Assembly (NCBI GenBank): GCA_902493275.1
Contig: CABUOQ010000001.1
Span: 28,639-92,638, forward strand
Length of the DNA: 64,000 nucleotides
Reading direction: 5' to 3'
Source of the DNA: an uncultured Bacillota bacterium
GTDB taxonomy: Bacteria; Bacillota_I; Bacilli_A; RFN20; CAG-449
Part shown: positions 1 to 10,789 of the stretch, one piece after another
Layout of the letters: each line of letters begins with the position of its first letter
How positions within the stretch are numbered: the first letter of the stretch is position 1
Notes under the pieces: model-generated
Told to the model about the DNA's origin: nothing
The model's database searches: none
What the model saw: only the letters and a program-made list of their open reading frames with translations
Made by a program: the position numbers and the translations under genes

Positions 1-2011
1 AGAAATAGACTAATGCGATACCTAATCCAACAGCTGCTAAGACTAAAGTATTGTTAAAGTCATTAGTTACAACTGAAGAATAAACATTATAGTTATGAAC
101 GAATACAGTGTTGTATTCAATATCTTCGCCAGTAACTGAATATACAAGTTTTTCTAATGAATCGAATTCAATATCATCTAAGCTACGATTTAAATCAGCG
201 TAGAAGTATAAATAATTCTTCTTTTCAGCATCATATGGGTTTGTTTGATCGGAGACAGTCCAAGCATTAACAACATCGATGTTTTCACCTAAATTCTCGA
301 TATAAACAACGAAGTTATCTTTAGCACTTTTATCTTCTGCACAAACATAATTATCTGGATATGTTCCGTTATATTTTGAAGTGAATAAGAATTGATCAGT
401 AGTTCTAACTTCAACTCTGGCATATGGTTCTCTATTTGTAAAGTTAAATACGCTAGAGACGCTACCAAAGATTGCTAAAGCCCCGGTAGAAATTACAATG
501 GCGATCAAAGAAGTGATAAATGTTTTTTTGCCATGTTTTTTAACATCGATCTTTTCAAGTTTAGAAACAGGTAATTCACATTCAGCATTTCCATCTAAAT
601 CTTCGACATATTTTTTATTGATTCTAAATAAATTAAGCTTATTAGAAATATTTGAATTTAATAAGAAATTATTTAACACTTTTCCAAGTAAGAATACAAA
701 TATAATAGTGAATATTGATGAGAATATAAAGAACAATGAGAATGATTGAACACTTGTTCCAGAGATTATCGCTAGGACAATTCCAACTACGAATAGCATA
801 ATTGTTGAATCAACAGCAGTTGAAACAGCTTTTCTAAACCCTTCATTTGATGATTTGCCAAGCGCACGGCCTTTATAAGCTTCTTCTCTAGTTCTTGTAT
901 AATATAGACACAGGATATTGCTTGCAACACCTAATCCAACAATGAGCGATAAGATCATAACTGGGCTTACTTGAATATTGAAGAAATTGAGAATAATTAA
1001 ATCAAATAAAACTGTTAATCCCATTCCTACACATCCAGAAATTGCCATTAATCCATAGCAGACTAGTAAATATATGAATGTTACTAATAAAGCGATAGAA
1101 GCGCAAATAATCATTAATGTTGTTGCACTATCACCATAATCAGCGCTTATTGAACGACGATATACTTCGGTTATCTCGCAATCAAGAAGATTAGAATTAA
1201 ATAATCTTTCAAATGATTTTGCTGATTGAGCATTAAATTTAGCGGATGATGCAGCGCTTGAAGCATAACCATATACGCCGAATTGTAAATAATATTTATT
1301 ATCTTCTTCATAGAATTTTGTATTAGCATCTTTGTTTGCTGTTTCTTCTTCAGAAGTAGCTTCAGAAAAATCTAAAACGGCTAATACTTTTCCTTGAGCT
1401 TGAGTATTTGTTAATTTGGAGTTATCCGAGATGAAATCGTTATCTGTTAAATTTTCAAAGTCAACATCATCTGGTTTTCCTTGCCATAAAACTACTAAAC
1501 CATTCTTTTCATCTTCATTTTTAGCGTTATCTATAACTTGTTGGAGTTCGCTGCTTGCCTCGATTTTTACAAATGCACTTGAATTATCATCAAAATCATA
1601 AACTGCAGTATGACGTTTAATTAATTCAGTTCCATCACCAATAGTAAAACCATTTGTTGTAAATAGTGAAAACTCACCACTTGCCATAGTTGATCTAAGA
1701 ATATTATCAATGTTTGACGCATTTCTTGATCCTAAAGATATCTTTACTCCATAAGCATGATTTGGATTATCTTCTACTCTTTCGATTTGATAACTTGTCG
1801 CTCCTGCTTCTTCAAGACGTAAGCCGAATTCATCGACAATACTTTCAAGATTCATCTCCCCACCACTATTATCGGTGATGTGATATAGAACTTCTGTTCC
1901 GTTATCAAATTCCTTTGACCAGTTAATACTTTCTACTTTCCCTTGAATACTAAAAGTAAAAAGTCCGATCATTGATAAAGCTAATACTATATAAGCAATT
2001 AACCGACGCAT
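1..2011 (-). CDS. secDF: SecDF protein-export membrane protein (fused SecD/SecF). The start is in the window; the C-terminal part runs off the window start.
   Basis: By-eye translation of the minus strand from the ATG at 2011 (GGAGG 8 nt upstream) gives MRRLIAYIVLALSMIGLF.. (N-terminal TM helix). A large periplasmic domain follows, then a TM bundle containing ..IVGLGVASNILCLYYTRTREEAYKGRALGKS.., which matches the SecD/RND motif IGMAVDANVLIFERxREExxxG. The frame stays open to position 1. It is absent from the ORF track because it is incomplete. Confidence 0.6.
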   Translation of the reverse strand, partial: MRRLIAYIVLALSMIGLFTFSIQGKVESINWSKEFDNGTEVLYHITDNSGGEMNLESIVDEFGLRLEEAGATSYQIERVEDNPNHAYGVKISLGSRNASNIDNILRSTMASGEFSLFTTNGFTIGDGTELIKRHTAVYDFDDNSSAFVKIEASSELQQVIDNAKNEDEKNGLVVLWQGKPDDVDFENLTDNDFISDNSKLTNTQAQGKVLAVLDFSEATSEEETANKDANTKFYEEDNKYYLQFGVYGYASSAASSAKFNAQSAKSFERLFNSNLLDCEITEVYRRSISADYGDSATTLMIICASIALLVTFIYLLVCYGLMAISGCVGMGLTVLFDLIILNFFNIQVSPVMILSLIVGLGVASNILCLYYTRTREEAYKGRALGKSSNEGFRKAVSTAVDSTIMLFVVGIVLAIISGTSVQSFSLFFIFSSIFTIIFVFLLGKVLNNFLLNSNISNKLNLFRINKKYVEDLDGNAECELPVSKLEKIDVKKHGKKTFITSLIAIVISTGALAIFGSVSSVFNFTNREPYARVEVRTTDQFLFTSKYNGTYPDNYVCAEDKSAKDNFVVYIENLGENIDVVNAWTVSDQTNPYDAEKKNYLYFYADLNRSLDDIEFDSLEKLVYSVTGEDIEYNTVFVHNYNVYSSVVTNDFNNTLVLAAVGLGIALVYF

Positions 2012-2163
2012 ATTTTTTCCTCCATAGTTCTAAAATTTAAGAAATAATATTAAATTTTAATGTATATCCTATTGATATCTATTTATATAAATATAAATAA
2101 ATACACAATTGCTTTTTTAATATACAACGAAAAAAACTCTTTTTCAATATTAAGGGAGATAAA

Positions 2164-3489
2164 ATGAATAAAAATTCGTCAATACACAGTTTAATTTATT
2201 TAATGATTATCGGAATGCTGACAAAAGTAATCTCAATGTCAAGCCGCGTAATTATGTCAAGAGACTTAGGACTTAATGCCGTAAGTATTAATTCTTTAGT
2301 AAATCCATTATTTGTCTTTGGAATTACAATCGCGAGTTTTTCCTTGCCAACAACAATTGCTACTTTAATTTCTAAAAATCCTCAGAAAGCCAAAAAAGTA
2401 TTTTTTTCTTCAATGTTAATAACTTTAGCGTTTAATATTTTAATCATCGGATTAATCATGATTTTCGGTAAATACATCGCAAATAATCTTCTGCATAATA
2501 GTGACACTTATCCATCTTTAAGACTACTTACAATAGTAATTCCTTTAACATCGATATCAAGTATAATTAAAGGATATTTTATCGGAAAAAAAGAAGTTAA
2601 ACTCACATCGACTTCTTCTTTAGTTGAGGAATGCTCTAGACTTTTAAGTTGCATCTTTCTAGTTAATATTTTTCTTTCACAAGATGATTCAATAAAATCG
2701 ACATTTTTTATTGTTTGCATGATTATCGGTGAAATAGTTCAAACATCTTATTTAATTTTAACTTCAGGTAAAAAATACATTTCTAAGATCAAAAAAATAA
2801 AAGGAATATTAAACATCGAAAATTATGAATTCAGCGAAGTGTTAAAATTATCTTTTCCTATGACTTTATCGCGTCTACTAACCTCATTTACTTATATGTT
2901 AGAGCCCATAATTATTACTAGTTTACTATTGAAATATGGACATACCAGTGAAGAAATTACCTTAAACTATGGGATTATTTCTTCTTATGTCATGCCTTTA
3001 TTACTTTTACCAGGATTCTTTTCTTTAGCGATAAGCAATTATTTACTGCCTAATCTATCATCATATATCGGTAAGTCACAAATTGATAAAGGAAAACATC
3101 TATTTAATCAAGCATTAATTATCACCTCAATTATTGGAATTATCATCTCAATTTTATTTTTCTTTTTTGGTGGTAATCTTTTAAAGATTATATATCACGT
3201 CAATTTCGGCGATAGAGAAATTCGACTTCTAGCTTTTCCATTTTTTATCTATTATCTTGAAACACCTGTCAATATGACAATGCACGCTTTATCATTATCT
3301 AAACAAGCATTTGCTTCTTCATTTTGCGCATCGTTAATTAGAGTTATTTTACTCATTATTTTCGCAGAACCTTTTGGTGTGTTTGCCGTATGTATCGCCA
3401 CTCTTTGTTCTTGCTATTTAGATGTCATCAGTAATTTATATTTAATTAGAAAGTTTTTCAAAGGGCACAATAAAAAGTCCATCGACTAA
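2164..3489 (+). CDS. MOP-superfamily flippase (MurJ/Wzx/SpoVB-like polytopic membrane protein)
   Basis: 441 aa, about 12 predicted TM helices, polysaccharide-biosynthesis/MurJ-like composition. Its position between secDF and a DUF421 gene mirrors B. subtilis secDF-spoVB-yrbG. Confidence 0.5.
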   Translation: MNKNSSIHSLIYLMIIGMLTKVISMSSRVIMSRDLGLNAVSINSLVNPLFVFGITIASFSLPTTIATLISKNPQKAKKVFFSSMLITLAFNILIIGLIMIFGKYIANNLLHNSDTYPSLRLLTIVIPLTSISSIIKGYFIGKKEVKLTSTSSLVEECSRLLSCIFLVNIFLSQDDSIKSTFFIVCMIIGEIVQTSYLILTSGKKYISKIKKIKGILNIENYEFSEVLKLSFPMTLSRLLTSFTYMLEPIIITSLLLKYGHTSEEITLNYGIISSYVMPLLLLPGFFSLAISNYLLPNLSSYIGKSQIDKGKHLFNQALIITSIIGIIISILFFFFGGNLLKIIYHVNFGDREIRLLAFPFFIYYLETPVNMTMHALSLSKQAFASSFCASLIRVILLIIFAEPFGVFAVCIATLCSCYLDVISNLYLIRKFFKGHNKKSID

Positions 3490-4098
3490 TAATTGGGCAA
3501 AAAATATCTCTTCGATTTTATGATAGCCTAATTTTGATATCGCACTTAAAATAAAGTTCTCATCTTTGTTAATCATCTTTAATCCTTCTTCATTGATTTT
3601 TCCATCGATAATTAATGGTTCTGGATATTCGATTAATAAGTCTTTTTTCTTGATAATATTTAGATTACCATTTCCTTCTAGAATTGCATATTCAACCTCA
3701 ATTGGTGATTGAATATCTTTATTTCTGAGTTGTAACATCAAATCATGAATATTGTAACGATTCTTTTTCATCGCTTTGTAATCAATTTCACCTTTGAATA
3801 TTATATATTGAATCTTTCCTTCTAAAAACCTCCTAACTTTAGGTATTTTTAATGATAAAAGAGCTGATAGAATTTCGAGCACAACAATTACAATAACTGG
3901 TATGACAAAATGTAAAATTGAAGAATTAGGGTCGTTTAAAGCAAGTGAAAATAATTCGGACATAATTAGAAAAATAACCACATCAAAAATCGATACTTGT
4001 GATAATTCTCGTTTGCCCATAATTTTTAAGATGATTAATAAAAATACATATGCGAATATCGTTTTTAAAATTAAAATAAAAATTTCATTAAAATTCAT
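3442..4098 (-). CDS. DUF421/YetF-YrbG family membrane protein
   Basis: 218 aa with an N-terminal 2-3 TM region (..LILKIMGKRELSQVSIFDVVIFLIM..) followed by a soluble C-terminal domain, the typical YetF/YrbG architecture. Its 3' end overlaps the convergent flippase gene by 48 nt. Confidence 0.55.
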   Translation of the reverse strand: MNFNEIFILILKTIFAYVFLLIILKIMGKRELSQVSIFDVVIFLIMSELFSLALNDPNSSILHFVIPVIVIVVLEILSALLSLKIPKVRRFLEGKIQYIIFKGEIDYKAMKKNRYNIHDLMLQLRNKDIQSPIEVEYAILEGNGNLNIIKKKDLLIEYPEPLIIDGKINEEGLKMINKDENFILSAISKLGYHKIEEIFFAQLLVDGLFIVPFEKLSN

Positions 4099-4151
4099 AA
4101 TTTATCTTCTATATTTCCATTTCTGTAAATATATTTTCTTAGGTGATCATA

Positions 4152-4523
4152 ATGAAAAAATATTTACTTAACTTTAGTATGTCCTTTTTTTGCAGTTTAA
4201 TCGTCGGAATTATTGTCTGTCTAGTTTTAGCAATTTTAAAAAGCAATAATTCTTTAGATGATAATGCTTCAAATATTTGTTTAACCGTGTTAACAATTTT
4301 GCTCTTTTTTATCTTTGGATTTATCTTTTCTTTTGCCCAGAAAAAAAGAGGCATTATCAATGGTCTCTTTCTATCGGCAATATATTTAATTATTTATTTT
4401 ATTTTAAATGCACTTAACATATATCAATCGCCTTTATATATAACTATATCTCGAATAGCCTCAATCATGTTAGGTTCACTATTTGGAGTTAATTTAGCTT
4501 CTAAAGGTGATCGAACAAATTAA
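4152..4523 (+). CDS. Small polytopic membrane protein (hypothetical)
   Basis: 124 aa from the ATG at 4152 (AGGTGA SD upstream), with 3-4 hydrophobic helices. It is more plausible than the overlapping minus-strand ORF at 4139-4360. Confidence 0.35.
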   Translation: MKKYLLNFSMSFFCSLIVGIIVCLVLAILKSNNSLDDNASNICLTVLTILLFFIFGFIFSFAQKKRGIINGLFLSAIYLIIYFILNALNIYQSPLYITISRIASIMLGSLFGVNLASKGDRTN

Positions 4524-5508
4524 CTTTTAAATGCTCGTATGCTTTTGGTGTCGCTACTCTTCCACGTGGAGATTTATTAATTAAGCCTAATTTTAAAAGA
4601 TAAGGCTCATAAACTTCTTCTAGATTTCGTACTTCTTCACCAATTGTTGAAGCAAGCGTTTCTAATCCAACTGGACCACCATTATATCTTTTTATTAGTG
4701 CGTTCAAATAACGGATATCGATTTCATCCAAACCTAAACCATCAATTTTTAATTTATTTAAGGCTGAAACTGTGAGGTTCTTATCAATAGAATTTAAATT
4801 CTCATAACTGGCAAAGTCACGAACACGACGATATATTCTATTAGCAATTCTCGGTGTACCGCGTGAGCGAATCGCAATTTCATTTGCGGATTCATCATCG
4901 ATAGGTAAGTTAAAAACTCGAGAAGTTCGTTTAACAATTCGCTTTAATTCATCAATCGTATAATAATTTAAGCGATTTACAATTCCAAAACGATCTCTTA
5001 ATGGTGAAGAAAGATCGCCAGGTTTTGTTGTTGCACCTACTAATGTGAATGGTTGAAGACGAATGGTAATATTACGAGCATCTTCATCATGACCAGATAA
5101 AAATGTTAGACGATAATCCTCCATCGCTTCATAAAGAATTTCTTCTACAACTCGTGGAAGACGATGAATCTCATCTATAAATAAGATATCACCTTCACCT
5201 AAAGTAGATAAAATAGCTGCTAAATCACCAGGTTTTTCAATGGAAGGACCATTTACTAGACGGATGTGTGTTCCCATTTCGTTAGCAATTACATATGCCA
5301 ATGTCGTTTTACCAAGTCCAGGTGGACCATATAATAGAATATGATCTAATGGTTCGTCACGATTTTTAGCCGCATGAATAAAAACGCGTAAATTATCTTT
5401 AAAATCCTCTTGACCAACATATTCTTCTAAAAATAATGGTCGTAAAGATACATCTACAGTCTCTTCATTTGTCTCTAATTTTGGGGTTAGTAAATTATCC
5501 ATAATCAT
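4501..5508 (-). CDS. ruvB: Holliday junction branch migration ATPase RuvB
   Basis: Walker [16 protein letters not shown] sensor, RuvB-like N- and C-terminal domains; 335 aa. Confidence 0.95.
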   Translation of the reverse strand: MIMDNLLTPKLETNEETVDVSLRPLFLEEYVGQEDFKDNLRVFIHAAKNRDEPLDHILLYGPPGLGKTTLAYVIANEMGTHIRLVNGPSIEKPGDLAAILSTLGEGDILFIDEIHRLPRVVEEILYEAMEDYRLTFLSGHDEDARNITIRLQPFTLVGATTKPGDLSSPLRDRFGIVNRLNYYTIDELKRIVKRTSRVFNLPIDDESANEIAIRSRGTPRIANRIYRRVRDFASYENLNSIDKNLTVSALNKLKIDGLGLDEIDIRYLNALIKRYNGGPVGLETLASTIGEEVRNLEEVYEPYLLKLGLINKSPRGRVATPKAYEHLKVNLFDHL

Positions 5509-6083
5509 TTTCCTATTCTCTTTAATGCTTCATTAACAATCTCTGAAGCAGATAATACTGATGGAATCTTTTTTAAAACATCGTTAATTTCTGCGGATTT
5601 AAAGCCAAGATTTTTCAAGACATTTTTCGCATCTTCTTGCTCCTTATTTAAGGTGATGTCATCTGGTGCAGTCACACTTGTTAGCACCTCATTTTTAAGT
5701 GATCCATTTAAATCTAAAATAATTTGTGCAGCAGCTTTAGGACCAATGCCAGGCAATTTTTTTAAAGCCTTGACATTACCTTGCATAATCATTTTTACAA
5801 ATTCATCAATTGTTGTTCCCTTTAAAGCATTAACAGCTGTTTTAGGACCAATTCCCTTAACCGATATTAATTTAGTAAATATTTCCTTGCTTTTTAAATC
5901 TTTAAAGCCCACAAATAATTCATCATCATCTCTAACGATGTGCAAAGTATAAACCATGCATTCTTCGCCAACATGAAAATCGTTACGCGAAATAATTAAA
6001 AATTCGTAACCGACATCATGAACATCGATTACCGCTATATCTTCTTTAACTTCAACTATTTTTCCTTTTAAATAATAATACAT
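5505..6083 (-). CDS. ruvA: Holliday junction DNA helicase RuvA
   Basis: 192 aa, two HhH motifs (GIGPKTA..), overlaps the ruvB start by 4 nt. Confidence 0.9.
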   Translation of the reverse strand: MYYYLKGKIVEVKEDIAVIDVHDVGYEFLIISRNDFHVGEECMVYTLHIVRDDDELFVGFKDLKSKEIFTKLISVKGIGPKTAVNALKGTTIDEFVKMIMQGNVKALKKLPGIGPKAAAQIILDLNGSLKNEVLTSVTAPDDITLNKEQEDAKNVLKNLGFKSAEINDVLKKIPSVLSASEIVNEALKRIGK

Positions 6084-6176
6084 TTAACTAATTATCAAGA
6101 AAATCACATATAAGACAATAACTATTACCAAGATAACAAGCATTGTTTTAAAGGTTAGATTTTCGCTTTCTTTCAT
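6084..6176 (-). CDS. Possible 30-aa single-TM micropeptide translationally coupled to ruvA (stop TAA directly abuts the ruvA ATG)
   Basis: MKESENLTFKTMLVILVIVIVLYVIFLIIS read on the minus strand. There is no obvious SD. It is below the ORF-track size cutoff. Confidence 0.2.
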   Translation of the reverse strand: MKESENLTFKTMLVILVIVIVLYVIFLIIS

Positions 6177-6239
6177 AGAATTATTATAAATAATTTATTC
6201 GATATTTACTATAAATTTATTTATAGAGTTTGTTTTTTA

Positions 6240-6276
6240 TAAAAAAACAGCTTCTAAATTTTAGAAACTGCTTAAT
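6240..6276 (-). terminator. Rho-independent terminator after obg
   Basis: Inverted repeat cagcttctaa-N4-ttagaaactg, followed on the minus strand by TTTTTTTAT. Confidence 0.5.
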
Positions 6277-6278
6277 TA

Positions 6279-7586
6279 TTAATTGAAATATTCAAATTCA
6301 AAATCACACAATGTGACGATGTCACCATCATCAAGATTCATTTCATGTAAGGTATCATCAACACCTAAATTTTTCAAAATTGAGATTAATTTAGAGATAC
6401 CTTCATCGGTTGAAGTATTTACTAAGGAGTAAGTTCTTTCAATTCTTTCTCCTTGAATGCGATAGGCATGAGGTCCAGTTTTAACAATTTCGTAATCCTT
6501 TTTAGCGTCCAACTTCGCGTTGTAAATCTTGATTTCTTCTTGTTTATCCTCATATAAAGGAAATGCAGGAGCATTTAATAACAATTCATAAGTATAATTT
6601 AATAATTCATTGACATTTTCATGCAAAATGCCCGAAATTAAAAATACATGATAGTTGTCTTTTTCTAAAATAGCTTTTATCTTTTCAGCTTTTTTTCGAC
6701 TTTCCTCATCTTCTACTTTATTGATAACGACAACCATTGGTCGTTTGATAAGATTAAAGCCATAATTTTTAAGTTCATCATTAACTATTTTAAAATCTTG
6801 ATATGGATCTTCATGCTCAATATCAAGAACATGAATTAAAACTTTACATCGTTCAATATGGCGTAAAAATTGTAATCCTAAACCTTTACCTTCAGATGCA
6901 CCTTTAATTAATCCGGGTAAATCCGCCATCACAAATGAACGTTGTTCATCAAGACTAATAACTCCTAAATTAGGAACAATAGTTGTAAAAGGATAATCGG
7001 CTATCTCTGGCTTTGCAGCTGAAACCACACTTAATAATGTTGATTTACCAACACTTGGAAATCCTACTAGACCGACATCGGCAAGTAATTTTAATTCTAA
7101 AGTTAAAACTTTTTCTAAACCAGGCAAACCATTTTCTGCTACACGTGGACAACGATTACGTGACGAAGCAAAGCAAGCATTTCCACGACCGCCACGACCG
7201 CCTTTTACGCATAGATAGGTTTGACCTTCTTTTGACATATCACAAAGAAAAGTATGACTTGGCTCTTCAAATATCACTGTTCCAACAGGAACATCAAGAT
7301 AAATGTCTTCAGCAGCAGCGCCATACATTTTTTTAGCCATGCCCTTTTCTCCATCTTTAGCGACAACTTTACGCGCATGGCGATAGTTGATTAAAGTCGA
7401 AGAAGCAGAGGAAACTCTAAAATATATCGAACCACCACGACCGCCATTTCCTCCTGAAGGTCCACCACGTTCAACAAACTTCTCATGATGAAAAGCAATG
7501 GCGCCATCACCACCTTTACCAGATTTGACTGTTAATTTTGCTTTATCGATAAACATAAGACTACCTCCTATCTTTAAAAAAGCCAC
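6279..7586 (-). CDS. obg: GTPase Obg/CgtA
   Basis: Gly-rich Obg fold N-terminus (GGDGG, GGRGG), G-domain GFPSVGKSTLL, TGS/OCT C-terminal domain; 435 aa. Confidence 0.95.
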   Translation of the reverse strand: MAFLKIGGSLMFIDKAKLTVKSGKGGDGAIAFHHEKFVERGGPSGGNGGRGGSIYFRVSSASSTLINYRHARKVVAKDGEKGMAKKMYGAAAEDIYLDVPVGTVIFEEPSHTFLCDMSKEGQTYLCVKGGRGGRGNACFASSRNRCPRVAENGLPGLEKVLTLELKLLADVGLVGFPSVGKSTLLSVVSAAKPEIADYPFTTIVPNLGVISLDEQRSFVMADLPGLIKGASEGKGLGLQFLRHIERCKVLIHVLDIEHEDPYQDFKIVNDELKNYGFNLIKRPMVVVINKVEDEESRKKAEKIKAILEKDNYHVFLISGILHENVNELLNYTYELLLNAPAFPLYEDKQEEIKIYNAKLDAKKDYEIVKTGPHAYRIQGERIERTYSLVNTSTDEGISKLISILKNLGVDDTLHEMNLDDGDIVTLCDFEFEYFN

Positions 7587-7587
7587 C

Positions 7588-7609
7588 GTTTAGGTGGCCA
7601 TATTAATTA
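7588..7609 (-). terminator. Terminator after rpmA, also carrying the obg RBS
   Basis: ggccacctaaacggtggc hairpin followed by a T-run on the minus strand. Confidence 0.45.
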
Positions 7610-7900
7610 TTATTTACTTTCAACTGGATAACATGATGCTTGTTTTCTGGTTTTGCCAACTCTTTCAAATTTAACAATTCCATCAACAGTTGTATAAATG
7701 GTATCATCTCCACCACGTCTACAATTTACACCAGGATATATTTTAGTACCACGTTGACGATAAATGATCGAACCTGCTGTAGCAAATTGACCATCGGATT
7801 TCTTAGTGCCTAATCTCTTTGATTCGGAATCACGGCCGTTCTTAGTAGAACTAACACCCTTTTTTGAAGCAAATAATTGAATATTTAATAAAAATCTCAT
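7610..7900 (-). CDS. rpmA: 50S ribosomal protein L27 (with N-terminal propeptide, as in Firmicutes)
   Basis: [31 protein letters not shown].. matches the L27 family; 96 aa. Confidence 0.95.
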   Translation of the reverse strand: MRFLLNIQLFASKKGVSSTKNGRDSESKRLGTKKSDGQFATAGSIIYRQRGTKIYPGVNCRRGGDDTIYTTVDGIVKFERVGKTRKQASCYPVESK

Positions 7901-7916
7901 TTTTGCACCTCTTTCA

Positions 7917-8204
7917 TTACTTAATTTTAATAAACTGTGGATATTCTTTTTCTATCGTCTTAAGCTGAACGATAATTGTCTGCAATATAATATTTCCATC
8001 ACCTGGATTAATAATTGCTTTAGCATATCCTTCATCTAGGACAATCTCTTTAATTTGATCATCACTAAATGCATTAAAGCCACCTGTTATGATGGCGCTG
8101 ACTGCTGCACATACAAGGTCTTTACCTTTGATGTCGTAGTCGGCATGACCTTTTACTTCTATTCCATAAAGGTCATCTTGTTTGATTAAATTAACTTTAA
8201 TCAT
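7917..8204 (-). CDS. prp: Ribosomal-processing cysteine protease Prp (YsxB family)
   Basis: 95 aa, sits between rplU and rpmA as in Bacillus, with a conserved Cys in ..LVCAAVSAI.. Confidence 0.85.
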   Translation of the reverse strand: MIKVNLIKQDDLYGIEVKGHADYDIKGKDLVCAAVSAIITGGFNAFSDDQIKEIVLDEGYAKAIINPGDGNIILQTIIVQLKTIEKEYPQFIKIK

Positions 8205-8205
8205 A

Positions 8206-8514
8206 TTAAGCGTTAATAGCTGTAATTTCTAAACAAGTATATGGTTGACGATGTCCCATAGTTCTGCGGTAATTATTTTTGCTCTTATATTTGAATACAA
8301 GAACTTTCTTTTCCTTACCTTGTTTTTGAACTTTTGCGACGACTGTTGCTCCTTCAACATATGGAGCACCGACTTTTGTAGTTTCTCCACCAACTAAGAG
8401 AACTTTGTCAAATGTAACTTCAGAATCAACATCTGCATTAATTTTTTCAACGTAGATTTTTGCTCCGATTTCTACTTTAACTTGCTTACCGCCAGTTTCA
8501 ATAATTGCGTACAC
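8206..8514 (-). CDS. rplU: 50S ribosomal protein L21
   Basis: [17 protein letters not shown].. canonical L21 N-terminus; 102 aa. Confidence 0.95.
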   Translation of the reverse strand: MYAIIETGGKQVKVEIGAKIYVEKINADVDSEVTFDKVLLVGGETTKVGAPYVEGATVVAKVQKQGKEKKVLVFKYKSKNNYRRTMGHRQPYTCLEITAINA

Positions 8515-8659
8515 TTTTTATGCACCTCCTAATATTTCTATATAGACTAGACTCGCTTTTAAGGTAGAGATAACTCATTTTTAACCTTTTCAAGGCGGTT
8601 GAGGCCCCTATATTAGGCGACAACACCATTAAATTATCATATTAAACGATATTTATCAA
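8515..8659 (-). promoter_or_regulatory. 5' leader of the rplU-prp-rpmA operon (possible L21-leader autoregulatory structure)
   Basis: About 145-nt untranslated leader with GC-rich paired segments (ggcggttgaggcccc) in otherwise AT-rich DNA. Firmicutes carry an L21 leader RNA at this position. The structure was not verified. Confidence 0.25.
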
Positions 8660-9481
8660 TCATTTATTTATGTTTTTTGCATTTTTATCTTTGAAAATAT
8701 TCAACCAATTTCTAGGCTTTTTTCTTTTTCTTAATGATTGTGTTAATAATGATATTAGATACTCTTTTTCATCGATGAATTTTCCATTTGATAAGTAGAT
8801 ATTTCGCTTAAAATGATAGATTTTATCACTATCATTAATCTGCATTGGAAAATCAATCTTCATCCCACTTCTAGTAATTAAGTATTCTTGATAATCTTTT
8901 TTTAAAGTGGTGATTCTAACTAAAATATATGTTAGAAGTAAAAATAAAAATAATATTTGCCTTTGCTTAAGAAGAATAAAAAATATTAATATTAGCGATA
9001 ATCCTGAAAAGACATATTGAAATCGATATGCACTTTTTAAAGGGAAATTATAACGATAGATGATTTGAAATATTCTTCCGCCATCTAAAGGATAAAGTGG
9101 CAAAAGATTAAATAGAGCCAAGAATAGATTTTCGTGATTAAACACTTTAAATTGATACAATGAGATGTAGTTTATTTTAAATAAGCTAAATAATAATAAG
9201 TATGAAATAAAATAACTAAATGGTCCAGCGAGATAAAATATGACTTGCTGCATTATTTTCTTATATGAAAGATCTTCCATCTCCATCGAAAAACCATAAA
9301 AATGTAATTCAATCGTCTTGATTTTAAACTTGAATATAGATGCCCAAAATAAATGCGATAATTCGTGAATCAAATCAAATAAAAATAAGATTAAAACCTC
9401 ATCTACTAAATGAAAAAAAATGCAAATTATGATAAATAACACGCAAAATGGTGATATTTTTATCTTATTTGAGAGCCTCAT
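8660..9481 (-). CDS. M50 site-2 zinc metalloprotease, SpoIVFB-like
   Basis: Polytopic membrane protein with HELSH (HExxH in a TM segment) and the downstream LDGGRIF motif that defines S2P/M50. Its position directly upstream of rplU matches B. subtilis spoIVFB. Confidence 0.7.
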   Translation of the reverse strand: MRLSNKIKISPFCVLFIIICIFFHLVDEVLILFLFDLIHELSHLFWASIFKFKIKTIELHFYGFSMEMEDLSYKKIMQQVIFYLAGPFSYFISYLLLFSLFKINYISLYQFKVFNHENLFLALFNLLPLYPLDGGRIFQIIYRYNFPLKSAYRFQYVFSGLSLILIFFILLKQRQILFLFLLLTYILVRITTLKKDYQEYLITRSGMKIDFPMQINDSDKIYHFKRNIYLSNGKFIDEKEYLISLLTQSLRKRKKPRNWLNIFKDKNAKNINK

Positions 9482-10037
9482 TATATGAAATTATTTCGTT
9501 ATTCTTTTTAAAGATGCATTGAAAATAAGAACCTTCATATATTCCAATTACATTATTTGCTAATAAAACATCGTCTGTTTTTACCTTAATATCATCAATT
9601 AATGTATATAATGCTGTCACATTATTTTCGTATTCAACAACCACGAAATATTTATAATCATCTTGATATGAACAAGCTTTAATCGTTCCATTGTTTATAG
9701 TTGGAATTGTTTTATCACTTGTGATATACATATTATTTCCTAGACTTTGATATAGATTAATTCCTGAAACATTCATAGTTGATTGATGATTATCTTCTTT
9801 AAAGAAAAAGATCTTATTAAGATAATTATCAATTGTCTGATTTAATTCTTTAAATGAAACATCTTGGTTAAAAATCTGTTTTATCAGTTTTCCATCTTCA
9901 TCACTTTTGCAATAAATCAAACCACCTAAAGTGATGATCATTAAGATGAAAATCACATTAAAAAATTTCATGATTCGATGCTCTTTGACTTTCTTTTCTT
10001 TATTCATTCTTCTTTTTATTTCTTCAACGTTTTCCAT
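9465..10037 (-). CDS. SpoIVFA-like membrane protein (degenerate LytM/M23 fold) by position and architecture
   Basis: 190 aa, one TM helix, a C-terminal beta-rich region lacking the catalytic His residues. Overlaps the M50 gene by 17 nt. Confidence 0.4.
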   Translation of the reverse strand: MENVEEIKRRMNKEKKVKEHRIMKFFNVIFILMIITLGGLIYCKSDEDGKLIKQIFNQDVSFKELNQTIDNYLNKIFFFKEDNHQSTMNVSGINLYQSLGNNMYITSDKTIPTINNGTIKACSYQDDYKYFVVVEYENNVTALYTLIDDIKVKTDDVLLANNVIGIYEGSYFQCIFKKNNEIISYNEALK

Positions 10038-10108
10038 ATTATTTTCCTCATTTAAATAATATGATTAACATGATGTCATAATAACAAGAATTTTGTTATC
10101 AAGAACAA

Positions 10109-10789
10109 TTAATATGAAAAAGTTTTCTCAGTTAAAATTCCATATATCGTATTTTTAGTAAAAATAAAGTGCTCAACGACTTTAATTCCCATCAAATTAC
10201 AGGTAATAATGATATTGTTCGTCGAATTAATATCCTCAATGGAAGGCTTAACATTATCTGAAGGATGATTATGAATAATGACAATTTTGCTTGCATTATA
10301 TTTTAACGCGGTAGATATAATCTGTCTTGATGAGATATTCACACTGATATCTCCGCCATTTGAAAGTTCTTTAACGCCAAGAAAACCATTTTGATGGTTC
10401 AATAATATTATGAAAACCTTTTCGTTTTTTAAATTAAAAACGTATGGTTTCATGATTTTTATTATCTCTTGAACGCTATTGATTTTACGACAATCATTCA
10501 TTCTTTCTTTATCGATTCGCCGACAGAGTTCAAATGAGGCTAATAATTTTATCGCTTTAACCTTTTTTATCCCTGTCAAAGATGAAATTTCATTAATATC
10601 TAATAGTGACAATTCACTAAGTGAATGATATTTTTTTAACAATTGATGCGCCAATTCTAAAACATCTAAGTTTTTACAACCACTTGATATTATAATTGCC
10701 AATACTTCTTCATCCGTTAAGCTTTCAATTCCGAATAAAAAGGCCTTTTCACGCGGCCTTTTCATAATTGGTAAATCCTTTAATCCCAT
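10109..10789 (-). CDS. radC: RadC-family JAMM protein
   Basis: C-terminal JAMM motif IHNHPSD.. and N-terminal HhH-like region; 226 aa. Confidence 0.9.
   Translation of the reverse strand: MGLKDLPIMKRPREKAFLFGIESLTDEEVLAIIISSGCKNLDVLELAHQLLKKYHSLSELSLLDINEISSLTGIKKVKAIKLLASFELCRRIDKERMNDCRKINSVQEIIKIMKPYVFNLKNEKVFIILLNHQNGFLGVKELSNGGDISVNISSRQIISTALKYNASKIVIIHNHPSDNVKPSIEDINSTNNIIITCNLMGIKVVEHFIFTKNTIYGILTEKTFSY

Noticed and set aside
498-1601. Plus-strand ORFs 498-749 and 1416-1601
   Set aside because: They lie antisense inside the secDF coding region, have low-complexity products and no RBS.
2508-2720. Minus-strand 70-aa ORF
   Set aside because: Embedded antisense in the 441-aa flippase gene.
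3442-3489. 48-nt convergent overlap between the flippase and DUF421 genes
   Set aside because: Probably genuine 3'-end overlap or a slightly mis-called stop. Not informative.
3902-4360. ORFs 3902-4171 (+) and 4139-4360 (-)
   Set aside because: They overlap better-supported genes (DUF421 gene, small membrane protein gene). AT-rich DNA gives long spurious frames.
5653-7336. Antisense ORFs in ruvA (5653-5952) and obg (7013-7336)
   Set aside because: Opposite strand of strongly supported conserved genes.
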